Shown here: positions 17,268-26,375 of the stretch, in pieces
Numbering within the stretch: position 1 is the first letter of the stretch
Layout: every line of letters begins with the position of its first letter
From: a bacterium
Lineage (GTDB): Bacteria > Verrucomicrobiota > Kiritimatiellia > CAIKKV01 > CAITUY01
DNA: 64,000 bases
Direction of reading: 5' to 3'
Assembly (NCBI GenBank): GCA_037143135.1
Contig: JBAWZH010000002.1
Coordinates: forward strand, 2,696-66,695
Notes under the pieces: generated by a model
What the model saw: the letters and a program-made list of their open reading frames with translations, nothing else
Databases searched by the model: none
Told to the model about the DNA's origin: nothing
Translations under genes and position numbers: made by a program

Positions 17268-18635
17268 ATGAAAAAGAATGTATTGATAATCGGCGCAGGC
17301 GGCGTCGCCCATGTGACGGCCCATAAGGCGGCCATGAACAATGATGTTCTGGGCGACATTTGCATTGCCTCGCGCACCCAGTCCAAGTGCGATGAGATTA
17401 TCGAGAGCGTCAGGCGCATGAAGCACCTCAAGAATCCCTCCCGTAAACTGTATTCGCGGCAGATTGATGCCCTCGATATTCCGGCGACGGCAAAATTGAT
17501 CCGTGAAACGAAATCAAAAATCGTGATCAATCTCGGGAACGCCTTCATCAACATGTCCGTTCTGGAGGCCTGCCTGGAAACCGGCGCAGTCTATCTCGAC
17601 ACCGCCATCCATGAGGATCCCGACAAAGTCTGCGAGACGCCCCCGTGGTACGCCAACTACGAGTGGAAACGCAAGGATCGGTGTCGCGGAAAAGGGCTGA
17701 CGGCCATTCTCGGGGTCGGGTTTGATCCAGGCGTCGTCAATGCGTATTGCGCACTGGCCCAGAAACGATACTTCGACAGGATTGATACCATCGACATCAT
17801 GGATATCAATGCCGGAAGTCACGGCAAGTATTTTGCCACCAATTTTGATCCCGAGATCAATTTTCGCGAGTTCATCAAAGTCTGGACCTGGATTGACCGG
17901 CAATGGAAGGAATATCCGACCCATTCCGTCAAGCGTATCTATGATTTCCCGGTTGCCGGGCCGCGTCCGATCTATCTCAATGGCCACGATGAACTTCACT
18001 CCCTGTCAAAAAACATCGATGCTAAGAGCATTCGGTTCTGGATGGGATTCGGCGACCACTACATCAATGTGTTCACCGTGTTGCGAACCCTTGGCTTTCT
18101 GTCGCACCTGCCCGTAACCCTGACCACGGGGCAAGAGGTTGTTCCCCTGAAGGTCGTCAAGGCCCTGTTGCCGGATCCCAAGACACTGGCGCCTGGCTAT
18201 ACCGGGAAAACCTGCATCGGGAACTTTGTCAAAGGATGGAAGAACGGCAAGAAACGGGAGGTCTTCATCTACCAGGTCTCCGACCATCATGCCTGTTACG
18301 AAGAAATCGAATCCCAGGGCATCAGTTACACGGCAGGAGTACCCCCGGTGGCCGCGGCCATGCTGGTGGCCCAGGGGATTTGGGATCCGAAAACGATGGT
18401 GAACGTAGAGGAACTCGATCCCGAGCCCTTTATCGCCATTCTTGACAAGATCGGTCTGCCCACGGACATCAAGGAGATCAAACCCGGCGGGAAGTATTCT
18501 TTCGATGGAACCGTTCGGGCTCTGGAGGTGGAACTCGCTGAATCAACCGCAACGGTAACGGTCTCCGCCGCCAATCCCATGATTGCCCTCAAGCCCAAAC
18601 CGGTAGCGAAGATGAAGAGGAAACCTACTGGTTGA
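17268..18635 (+). CDS. Carboxynorspermidine synthase/dehydrogenase (saccharopine dehydrogenase family) with about 50-aa C-terminal extension
   Basis: MKKNVLIIGAGGVAHVTAHKAA is a Rossmann N-terminus. PPWYANYEWK and GFDPGVVNAY are typical of CANSDH. AAGGAAGGG lies upstream of the ATG at 17268. Confidence 0.85.
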   Translation: MKKNVLIIGAGGVAHVTAHKAAMNNDVLGDICIASRTQSKCDEIIESVRRMKHLKNPSRKLYSRQIDALDIPATAKLIRETKSKIVINLGNAFINMSVLEACLETGAVYLDTAIHEDPDKVCETPPWYANYEWKRKDRCRGKGLTAILGVGFDPGVVNAYCALAQKRYFDRIDTIDIMDINAGSHGKYFATNFDPEINFREFIKVWTWIDRQWKEYPTHSVKRIYDFPVAGPRPIYLNGHDELHSLSKNIDAKSIRFWMGFGDHYINVFTVLRTLGFLSHLPVTLTTGQEVVPLKVVKALLPDPKTLAPGYTGKTCIGNFVKGWKNGKKREVFIYQVSDHHACYEEIESQGISYTAGVPPVAAAMLVAQGIWDPKTMVNVEELDPEPFIAILDKIGLPTDIKEIKPGGKYSFDGTVRALEVELAESTATVTVSAANPMIALKPKPVAKMKRKPTG

Positions 18636-19767
18636 TATGCACAATCGTGGCGGGCGCGAACCCGTTGAAGTGCGTTGCGGACGCCACGCTGTAGGCGCCG
18701 ATATTCTGACTATAGACGAGATCGCCCCTTTCCAGGGTGCTTGGCAGCTCCTCTGACATGGAGATGACGTCCAGCGCATCACAGGTCGGTCCGAATACTG
18801 TGCAAATCTCTGCAGGGCCCTTTTTGAAAGCCTTCAGATGATACTGGCAATGGTCGAAGATGATGCCTGAGAAGGTGTTATAGACACCGTCGTCTATGTA
18901 GTAACAAAGTTTGCCATTGCGAACAGCCTTTCCGATTACCTGCGAGATGGCGGTGCCAGCCGTCGCAACCATAAAACGGCCCGGTTCAGCGAGTATTTGG
19001 ATGGTCTTGGGAAAGAGCCGGTTCAATTCGGCATTGATCTTATGTGCCAACTCTTTGAACGGCTTGACCGTTTCGTCATACGGCGCGGGAAATCCTCCAC
19101 CAATATCCAGGAGGTTCATCTTGGTGTATCCACGTCCCTTGGCCTCCTCGAAGACACTGGCCGCCAGATTGATTGCCTGGACAAAATTCTCGAAGTTGGT
19201 TGTCTGGCTCCCGACATGAAAACTCAGCCCCTCCACGACCAATCCGGACTTGACGGCCTCCAGAATAAGATCCACCGCTTCGCCTGAGGCCGCACCGCAC
19301 TTGGATGAAAGCTCGCACATGGCCCCGGTATTGGGGACGCTCAGCCTCAGGACAAGTCCCGAGTTCGGAGCATGTTTCTTGATTTTCCGAATCTCCTCAT
19401 GATTGTCATAGGTGACCAGGGCCTTGTACTGATCCAACTCACGCAGGGCGTCATTCACCTTGATCGGGTTGGCGTAAATGATTTTATCCCAAATCCACTC
19501 CTGCCGTTGCTTGGCCGGCATGTGTTTGATTTGCTCATGCACAATGTTGAATTCCGGCATGGACGCAACGTCAAAACTGGATCCGACATCAAAGAGGGTT
19601 TTCACGATGGCGGGGTCAGGATTTGCTTTCACCGCATAATACGCCTGAACACGGGGAAGGTGCTTCTTAAAGATGGCGTAGTTCTTCCGGAGCATCTTGT
19701 GATCCACGACAAAGAGTGGAGTGCCATGCTTCAGCGCAAGTTGCTTATAGATTTTTAATGTGTCCAT
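18625..19767 (-). CDS. PLP-dependent ornithine/lysine/arginine decarboxylase (eukaryote-type ODC fold III)
   Basis: TPLFVVDHKMLRKNY...AYYAVKANPDP (PLP-lysine) and GGGFP. The ATG at 19767 is preferred over the TTG at 19785. Its 3' end overlaps the convergent CANSDH gene by 11 nt. Confidence 0.85.
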   Translation of the reverse strand: MDTLKIYKQLALKHGTPLFVVDHKMLRKNYAIFKKHLPRVQAYYAVKANPDPAIVKTLFDVGSSFDVASMPEFNIVHEQIKHMPAKQRQEWIWDKIIYANPIKVNDALRELDQYKALVTYDNHEEIRKIKKHAPNSGLVLRLSVPNTGAMCELSSKCGAASGEAVDLILEAVKSGLVVEGLSFHVGSQTTNFENFVQAINLAASVFEEAKGRGYTKMNLLDIGGGFPAPYDETVKPFKELAHKINAELNRLFPKTIQILAEPGRFMVATAGTAISQVIGKAVRNGKLCYYIDDGVYNTFSGIIFDHCQYHLKAFKKGPAEICTVFGPTCDALDVISMSEELPSTLERGDLVYSQNIGAYSVASATHFNGFAPATIVHINQ

Positions 19768-19864
19768 AAATCTGCCGCCATCCAATGTTGATCCCGTTGA
19801 ATTCGCAGGGATTATGGCAAACCGTCACGAGGGAGACAAGTGGCATTGAAACAATCATACGAAG

Positions 19865-21184
19865 TCAACCGGATCGCAGTTGACCAATCAGTTCGCGGGC
19901 GAACTTGGGTATGCCGGGGTCACGCGCACCCATACACAAAACCACTTCACCCGGCCTGCAGTCCAGACTCATGCGCTTCATCAGAGTGTCATAATCAGGT
20001 ACCCACTCAACTGACACTCCGTTGTCCTTCAGGGCCGAAGCCAAGGCATCGGAATCCATCTGCTTGCTAACCGTTCCGCCGGCATAATAGACCGGCAACA
20101 GATAGAGTCTGTCCTGTTGGCGGCAAACTCCGGCGAACATCGAAACCAGATCATTGAACATCATGGCTAACGGCTTGAATCCATGGGGTCTCCAGAATGC
20201 CGTCACGCGCGACGAATAGGGCGAAACGGCCCGCCACGCAGCGGCAATTTTGGCCGGGTTGTGGGCATATTCGTCCACAACCGTAACGCCACGCTCCGTT
20301 CCAACGCGCTCCAGGCGGCGCTGGATGCCCTTAAAGCCTCTCAAGGCATCTGCAATAAGCCCCAAATCGAATCCCATGCGCCTGCAAAGGATGGCGGCAT
20401 GAATGGCATTTTCAACATTGTGGGCGCCCAGCAGGGATAATTCGAACTCCACACCGTCATACGTGAACTGCGAACCATCACACCCGAAGCTAGGCTTCAA
20501 GTTACCTGCCAGACCGTACTCCCATCCGATGATACAGTCACGACTGACCTGTCCACGGAACTGCCTGAAAAGAATCTCCGTTTCAGACAGGCTGAAATGA
20601 TCTGCCGACATATTCGTAATCAGCGCCCACTCCGGATGAAAACGCAACAATGACCGGTCACTCTCATCGGCCTCAATAACACAAAGGCCGGATCGGCCTG
20701 TCCGGACGTTGCCAATTCGGTGATGATCAGCCCAGTTCACCAGCGCCCCTCCGTTTACCACAGTCGGGTCTCCCCCCAACTGTTCCAGGATCCACCCCAC
20801 CATTCCGGTCACGGTCGTTTTGCCAGAGGTTCCGGCAATGGCGACGGTCTGTTTGCCTTCGACCAATTCAGCCAGCATCTCAGCGCGATGCCGAACCGGA
20901 ACCCCCAAACGCGCAGCGGCGACGACGTCAGGATTGTCCTTTTCTATGGCGGTACTCACCACCACGGCGCCGGTTCCGGGAGTGACGCCGGAACCATCCT
21001 GCGGGAAAAACCGGACGTTCGCCTCCTTAAGTTTGCAAATGACCTCAAGATCCTGTCCCTGATCCTCGTAACGATCCGACCCGCTGACTTCCCACCCGTC
21101 CCCAATTAACACCTGAGCCAGGGCATTCATTCCCACACCGGCAACGCCAACCAAATGACATGACTTCGTTGATTCAGTATTCAT
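19865..21184 (-). CDS. MurC-type Mur ligase (UDP-N-acetylmuramate--L-alanine ligase family or paralogue)
   Basis: 439 aa. MurC-type N-terminal Rossmann HLVGVAGVGMNALAQVLIGDGWEVSGSD, then RHRAEMLAEL, P-loop AIAGTSGKTT, EADESDRS, NMSADH and DEYAHNP. Confidence 0.8.
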   Translation of the reverse strand: MNTESTKSCHLVGVAGVGMNALAQVLIGDGWEVSGSDRYEDQGQDLEVICKLKEANVRFFPQDGSGVTPGTGAVVVSTAIEKDNPDVVAAARLGVPVRHRAEMLAELVEGKQTVAIAGTSGKTTVTGMVGWILEQLGGDPTVVNGGALVNWADHHRIGNVRTGRSGLCVIEADESDRSLLRFHPEWALITNMSADHFSLSETEILFRQFRGQVSRDCIIGWEYGLAGNLKPSFGCDGSQFTYDGVEFELSLLGAHNVENAIHAAILCRRMGFDLGLIADALRGFKGIQRRLERVGTERGVTVVDEYAHNPAKIAAAWRAVSPYSSRVTAFWRPHGFKPLAMMFNDLVSMFAGVCRQQDRLYLLPVYYAGGTVSKQMDSDALASALKDNGVSVEWVPDYDTLMKRMSLDCRPGEVVLCMGARDPGIPKFARELIGQLRSG

Positions 21185-21190
21185 GGCCGC

Positions 21191-22135
21191 TCACTTACCC
21201 GTCCGATTCCGGCTCGCTTGTTTTGTTTCCGGGAAAAGGGAGTCAAGAAAATGCCGGGCAACCTCCTCGCCTTCCGGCGGTGAAATGGCCAGATCCGGAC
21301 TCAGTTCAATCAACCAGTACCGCCCTGTCTTTTCATCGAAAAGAAAATCAATGCCAATAACCGGAACCCCGAGGCATCGCGCGGCGCGCCGGGCCACGGC
21401 AACGAGTGAACGACTGACCTGATTGGTCACCACTTCAACGTCACCTCCAGTATGATAATTTGAAGTCAGGCGGACTCGAACATCGGCTCCTGCCGCCGGG
21501 ATGGTCTCCCAGGATAAACCCAGAATCTCCAGATTCCGTCCTGTTTCCCCATCCACAGGAATAATGTGACTGGGATCACGGGGTCGCTCCCGTCGGTTTC
21601 GTGCCTGAATTAACTCGCGAACCGTATCACGTCCGTTCCCCGTAACGTGCGCGGATTGTCGCCGTATGGCGGCTACAAATTTGAAATCGATGAAGATCAG
21701 TCGGTAGTCAACGCCCGTGACACACTCCTCCAGAATAATCTCCTCTTCAAAGCGGCGGGCGAAACGAACCGCCCGGTCAAGTTCCTCCGGAGTTCTGACC
21801 GCCACCGACACCCCGCGTCCACCCCATTGGGTGCAGGGCTTGACCACGATGCTTCGGCGCCGTTTCAGGAACCGCTCGGCGGCCTTCCTGTCGGTATATA
21901 AAACTTGAGCAGGCACGGTAAATCCATGGGCATGAAGAAATCGATTCGCCAGGCGCTTGTTCTGGGTCATGTGGAAGGACACCGCCCCCACGCGATCCGT
22001 CAGGGCATTATAACACCGGATGCGCCGCTTCTTGTGAGTCAGCACAAATATCGGGGTAATCGGATCAATCACGTCAATGCGGATATGACGGCGCCGTGCT
22101 TCCCGGGTAATCGTCGTGGTATAAACTGAATTCAT
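21191..22135 (-). CDS. ATP-grasp enzyme resembling the G (ATP-grasp) domain of cyanophycin synthetase
   Basis: From memory, it is collinear with the CphA G-domain: TQNKRLANRFLHAHGFTVPA, VVKP..WGGRGVS, DYRLIFIDFKFVAAIRRQSAHVTGNGRDTVRELI, LTSNYHTGG, GVPVIGIDF, and ends ...FLDSLFP. The ATG at 22135 is preferred over the TTG at 22162. A 6-nt gap separates it from the Mur ligase gene. Confidence 0.75.
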   Translation of the reverse strand: MNSVYTTTITREARRRHIRIDVIDPITPIFVLTHKKRRIRCYNALTDRVGAVSFHMTQNKRLANRFLHAHGFTVPAQVLYTDRKAAERFLKRRRSIVVKPCTQWGGRGVSVAVRTPEELDRAVRFARRFEEEIILEECVTGVDYRLIFIDFKFVAAIRRQSAHVTGNGRDTVRELIQARNRRERPRDPSHIIPVDGETGRNLEILGLSWETIPAAGADVRVRLTSNYHTGGDVEVVTNQVSRSLVAVARRAARCLGVPVIGIDFLFDEKTGRYWLIELSPDLAISPPEGEEVARHFLDSLFPETKQASRNRTGK

Positions 22136-22159
22136 GCCCCCATGGTATTCAAACGCGCC

Positions 22160-22220
22160 CAACTGTCACCCAGAAAAACGAACAGTTGTCGGGATTTGGG
22201 AAACATTGATAGACTGTCAC
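22160..22220. promoter_or_regulatory. Inverted and direct repeats in the divergent intergenic region
   Basis: Inverted repeat CAACTGT (22160-22166) / ACAGTTG (22182-22188) with a 15-nt spacer. The octamer ACTGTCAC occurs twice (22162-22169 and 22213-22220). All lie between the divergent ATP-grasp start and the 649-aa ORF start. Confidence 0.25.
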
Positions 22221-22224
22221 GCTT

Positions 22225-24174
22225 ATGAATATTCATATTCTGGGCGAGCATCCTCTCGCGAAGTCCGATCAAGGGAAACTGATATCCCGAATCGGAACCA
22301 TATTCCCGCGTAGCCGGACCATCGTAACGATACCCGGGATTCATGCCGTCCAGCGTGTCGCCTACATTAATGAACTCAATGCCCACCGCCGCCAAAACGG
22401 TCTCGATCCCTTGTCTGAGGAGGACGAAATGCTGGAATGGCAGCAGTCGGTCGATCTGATCATGGAAGACAACTGTATCCTGATTCGGCCTGATCCCGAA
22501 GACATGGGACTCGCCTTTGAGGCCGATGAACTCCTGCAAGAACTGGTCTCCAAGCAGACGATCAAGTTTCTCAATCTGTTGAATGAAAAAGTGCGTCTCG
22601 CGATCAAGCAGCGGGGAGAAAACTGGCGTATTGCCCCCCTACCCCAGAGTCCGGATGAAATGAAACGGATGATCCAGACTTCCATGATCCCGATCAGTGG
22701 TCGATCAATCTATTATTACAGTCGGGACATTGGAACCCGCTTTCTCACCTATCAGCAATTTTGCGAGCTGGGGAATCTGACCGACGTTGACCTCGCCATG
22801 CACCTGGCGGAGATACGTGATTGCTCCGGACACTACAACCGCATGGGCCATCCGGAGATTGAGTTTTTTTGCACGGAAGATTCATTTAGTCGCTCATTTT
22901 TCCCGTCCTGCAATCCCGAGTCCCTCCCTCCAGATGGAATTCGAGCCTGCTTTGAGAAGTTGAAGGATCTGTTCCATCATGCGGTTCGCTCTGATCTCAG
23001 GGAGGATAATGTCGATAATCCCGACTGGCGTACCCTGATGTTCTCGGCCTTGATTGGCCAAAAGGGAGTCACCCTTCCCGAGGAATTGATGCTCGGACTG
23101 AGTTCCGAGTTCTTCATGCAAATCGAGTGGTTGCCCGGGGGGCGTATTGAGGAGGGCGAATTGATGCTCGACTCTATTTTCGACGAACTGGACACAACCC
23201 GGACGACGCCGGAATTGCAGATGCTCTGTGACGAGAAGGCGCGCGGATTTATTTTTAATTTCGTAAGGGAATTCGGCGACCTTGATTATGTCAACATCGG
23301 GCGCGTCATCGGCTCCCTTTCGCGGCGGCCAACAAGCGCGGGACGACGTGATGTTTATGTGGCGGAAATCAAGCAACAGGGCTCTCCTCACCCCGTCGTC
23401 CGGATTATCAGAATGCAGAAATGGGGCATCCGGGAGCATCTGGACGAGGGAAAGGATCTCCTACCCGCAATTATGGAGGCAGAGGAGTACACCGAATACA
23501 TCCTGGATCGACGCCTTGGGTGCAGACAATTGGGAATGAACCTGCCCCCCCGCATTACAACCCGGAAGATTAGTGAACTCTATTATGGGCAGCGCTATGG
23601 CGGACAGCCCATCTGGTCCACGTATTTTGAACGCGATTACATCGCGGGCATCGCCACCGACAAACTGCCCAATTCACGTTTTCTAAACAGCGCTTATGCC
23701 CTCAAATTTGCGGAATTCATGGGACGTGCCGCCGCCTGCAATATCGTTCTGGGCCGTCTGAATCTTAATAATGCCGTCCTGTTTGATGACGGCGACGAGG
23801 TGATGGTTGAGGATGAATCCAATTTCCCGAAGGAGATTATTCTGTCCGACCATACGGGAACCTTCACGGATTACACCTCGGAACTCCACGTCTTTGCAGG
23901 GGCTTATGCCACGCCGATCCACAGGCGGCTTGCCTTCTTCACCAACCCCCACGATGTTCTTGAGTCTTACCTCTCGGCCTTTACCGCGAGGCTCCTGCAC
24001 ATGAAACAGGATTACCAGAGGCGGAAACGATCCTTTGACACCCTGTTCAAACACCGGCCCCGTGACGAGCACGGCAGTTTCGCCTACCGCTGGGAATGTA
24101 TTCTGAAGCGGTTGAATCGAACGGATCCGGTGGAACTCACCGAGGCCATCCGGAAAGCCTATTTCGCAAAATAA
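22225..24174 (+). CDS. Large conserved-looking hypothetical protein (649 aa), no family recognised
   Basis: Long ORF with balanced, protein-like composition and no hydrophobic segments. The antisense ORFs over it are short. It is divergent from the ATP-grasp gene. Confidence 0.6.
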   Translation: MNIHILGEHPLAKSDQGKLISRIGTIFPRSRTIVTIPGIHAVQRVAYINELNAHRRQNGLDPLSEEDEMLEWQQSVDLIMEDNCILIRPDPEDMGLAFEADELLQELVSKQTIKFLNLLNEKVRLAIKQRGENWRIAPLPQSPDEMKRMIQTSMIPISGRSIYYYSRDIGTRFLTYQQFCELGNLTDVDLAMHLAEIRDCSGHYNRMGHPEIEFFCTEDSFSRSFFPSCNPESLPPDGIRACFEKLKDLFHHAVRSDLREDNVDNPDWRTLMFSALIGQKGVTLPEELMLGLSSEFFMQIEWLPGGRIEEGELMLDSIFDELDTTRTTPELQMLCDEKARGFIFNFVREFGDLDYVNIGRVIGSLSRRPTSAGRRDVYVAEIKQQGSPHPVVRIIRMQKWGIREHLDEGKDLLPAIMEAEEYTEYILDRRLGCRQLGMNLPPRITTRKISELYYGQRYGGQPIWSTYFERDYIAGIATDKLPNSRFLNSAYALKFAEFMGRAAACNIVLGRLNLNNAVLFDDGDEVMVEDESNFPKEIILSDHTGTFTDYTSELHVFAGAYATPIHRRLAFFTNPHDVLESYLSAFTARLLHMKQDYQRRKRSFDTLFKHRPRDEHGSFAYRWECILKRLNRTDPVELTEAIRKAYFAK

Positions 24175-24190
24175 GCCTCTGTCGTTCAGG

Positions 24191-26230
24191 TCATTCCCAT
24201 CGCGATTGGATCTGGTTTCGGACACGCCCCACAATGTCGTCCTGGTTGTATTCGAAATCGTCATTAAAGGGGCTCGTACCGCAGGCAACCATCTCACAGG
24301 AGGCGCGGACTTCATCGCTGATGAACCGGGATATCTGGGAATAGACGTGTTTATCGGTAAAACTCCCCCATTTTTGGTAGTATCGCAATGGCCAGGTTAT
24401 ATAGAGATAGTTGCGGGCCCGCGTCATGGCAACATAGGCCAGACGCAGTTCCTCTTCGATCTCCTTGTCATTACCTGTCGCCATGTCGGAGGGCAGGCAC
24501 CCATCGGAGGCATGGATGACATATACGACATCCCACTCACAGCCCTTGGCAGAATGAATGGTGGACAACACCAACCAGTCCTCATCTTTGAGTGGATTGG
24601 CGGCAATATCGCTGGTTGAATTGGGGGGATCCAGGATGAGATCCGTCAGCAACTGCCTGCGTGACTTATAACGGGACGCCACCTGTTCTATGTGATCCAG
24701 ATCCCGGTACCGGGCCTTCGCATTCTCGTAACGGTTTGCCATGATATCGTCGTAGAACAATCGGATACGCTGAACATGAGCGGAGGGAGTGTGCGCCTCC
24801 GCCGCCACCAGATCATCCATCAACTGCCCCAATTCCTTCCAGCCGGCCCTTGCGGCGGCGGGCGGGGTAAACGTCTTTAAGGCTCGCGGATCATGGGCCT
24901 GGCTGATGTGGGCGATAACTTTTCCCGCCGTGGCCGGACCAATCCCATCAATCATCTGGAGCACCCTGAACCAGGCAATCTCATCAGAGGGATTCTCCAC
25001 AACCCTCAAAATACTGATCAGATCCTTGACATGCGCCGCCTCCAGAAAACGAAGACCGCCATATTTATGGTAGGCGATGTTCCGCCGCGTGAGCTCAATT
25101 TCAAGAGAATCCGACAGATGTCCTGATCGAAAAAGAACCGCCTGTTTATGAAGAGGGATACCCGCTTCATAATGTTCCAGAATGCGGTCAACCACATACT
25201 TGTCCTGGGCGGACTCGTCACGACAGGTCACAATTTTGGGGCACCCCCCCTCCTTGCGCGCGGACCACAGGTTTTTCGTGAACCGGTCATGCGACTGGCT
25301 GATGAGCCGGTTTGTTGTCTCCAGAATCGGTTCCACGGAACGGTAATTCTGTTCCAACGTTATCACGGTGGCGCCCGGAAATTGCTTGGGGAAGTCGAGA
25401 ATGTTGCGGACATTGGCCGCCCGGAAACTGTAGATGCTCTGGGCATCGTCCCCGACCACCGTGATATTGGGATTAAACCGGCGCAGTCCTTTCAGGATAT
25501 CCGCCTGCACGGTATTCGTATCCTGATACTCATCCACCAGAACGTGGTCAAACCGCCCCCCGATCTCCTGCGCCATGGACTCACTGCTCAGAAGTTGGAG
25601 CCAATACAGGAGCAGATCATCGTAGTCCAATACCCCGCGCTGCTGCTTGCGGATGACATAGTTGGTGAAAAGCGTTTTGAGTTGTTCCTTGTACTCGAGA
25701 CACCAGGGGTAGTGTTTCGTCAGGACGCTTTCCAGAATCTCACACCCATTGACACAACGGGAGTAGATTCCCAGGCATGTGCCCTTACGGGGAAAGCGCT
25801 TGTCATTCCGCCCGAGATTCAATTCATGGCGCACCACGTTCAGCAAGTCACCGGAATCGGCCTCATCCATGACCGTGAAATCATCCGGAAGACCGGATTG
25901 CCTGGAATAGGTGCGAAGAATCCGGTTTGCAATGGCATGAAAGGTTCCGCCCCAGACCCGGCCGGTCATGTGGGCATTCTGCGTCGAGGCCGCCGCCGCG
26001 CGTTTGAGCATCTCCTCCGCCGCACGCCGGGTAAAGGTCATCAACAGGATCCGGTCGGGATTGACTCCCTGCGATATCAGGTAGGCCACACGGTAGGCCA
26101 GAGTCTTCGTCTTGCCGCTTCCGGCACCCGCCACGACCAGCAGGGGGCCGGCGCCATGAATGACCGCCTGCCTCTGTTGCGGGTTAAGATCGGAAAGCCA
26201 TTCCAGATTATCGAGCGCCTGTTGAGTCAT
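24191..26230 (-). CDS. UvrD/PcrA/Rep-family ATP-dependent DNA helicase
   Basis: 679 aa. LNPQQRQAV, AGAGSGKT, LLMTFTRRAA, DEYQDTN, VGDDAQSIYSFRAA, the TIHSAKGCEWD region and YVAMTRAR. Confidence 0.9.
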   Translation of the reverse strand: MTQQALDNLEWLSDLNPQQRQAVIHGAGPLLVVAGAGSGKTKTLAYRVAYLISQGVNPDRILLMTFTRRAAEEMLKRAAAASTQNAHMTGRVWGGTFHAIANRILRTYSRQSGLPDDFTVMDEADSGDLLNVVRHELNLGRNDKRFPRKGTCLGIYSRCVNGCEILESVLTKHYPWCLEYKEQLKTLFTNYVIRKQQRGVLDYDDLLLYWLQLLSSESMAQEIGGRFDHVLVDEYQDTNTVQADILKGLRRFNPNITVVGDDAQSIYSFRAANVRNILDFPKQFPGATVITLEQNYRSVEPILETTNRLISQSHDRFTKNLWSARKEGGCPKIVTCRDESAQDKYVVDRILEHYEAGIPLHKQAVLFRSGHLSDSLEIELTRRNIAYHKYGGLRFLEAAHVKDLISILRVVENPSDEIAWFRVLQMIDGIGPATAGKVIAHISQAHDPRALKTFTPPAAARAGWKELGQLMDDLVAAEAHTPSAHVQRIRLFYDDIMANRYENAKARYRDLDHIEQVASRYKSRRQLLTDLILDPPNSTSDIAANPLKDEDWLVLSTIHSAKGCEWDVVYVIHASDGCLPSDMATGNDKEIEEELRLAYVAMTRARNYLYITWPLRYYQKWGSFTDKHVYSQISRFISDEVRASCEMVACGTSPFNDDFEYNQDDIVGRVRNQIQSRWE

Positions 26231-26375
26231 GGGTTAGTCTATATCCATCGAAAGGTTGAGTTTGACAGAAATCAAGGCGCCGATCAAGGATGAGGAATCC
26301 TTTCTCCTCATTCTCCCCTCGACATACGTCGCCTGGCTCAGCATAATTTCAACTCATGCAACTGAAGGATCCATC

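Noticed and set aside
22225-26230. The 649-aa unknown plus the UvrD-family helicase as a Gabija-like or other helicase-based defence pair.
   Set aside because: The two genes are convergent and separated at their 3' ends, so they are not an operon. The helicase has the full housekeeping UvrD/PcrA motif set and length. The unknown lacks the ATPase, TOPRIM or nuclease motifs expected of GajA-type partners.
25148-26293. Long antisense ORFs: 381 aa here, plus 8115-9113, 29575-30822, 30856-31716, 31770-32822, 40210-40917, 42052-43593, 45143-45745, 54979-55746 and others.
   Set aside because: Each lies opposite a gene with unambiguous family motifs (uvrD, lpxI/lpxB, the FAD oxidoreductase, SDR, Gfo/Idh/MocA, pilB, gatA, alr). 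Each has the R/G/P/H-rich composition of shadow frames. Stop-poor antisense frames are expected at this GC content.
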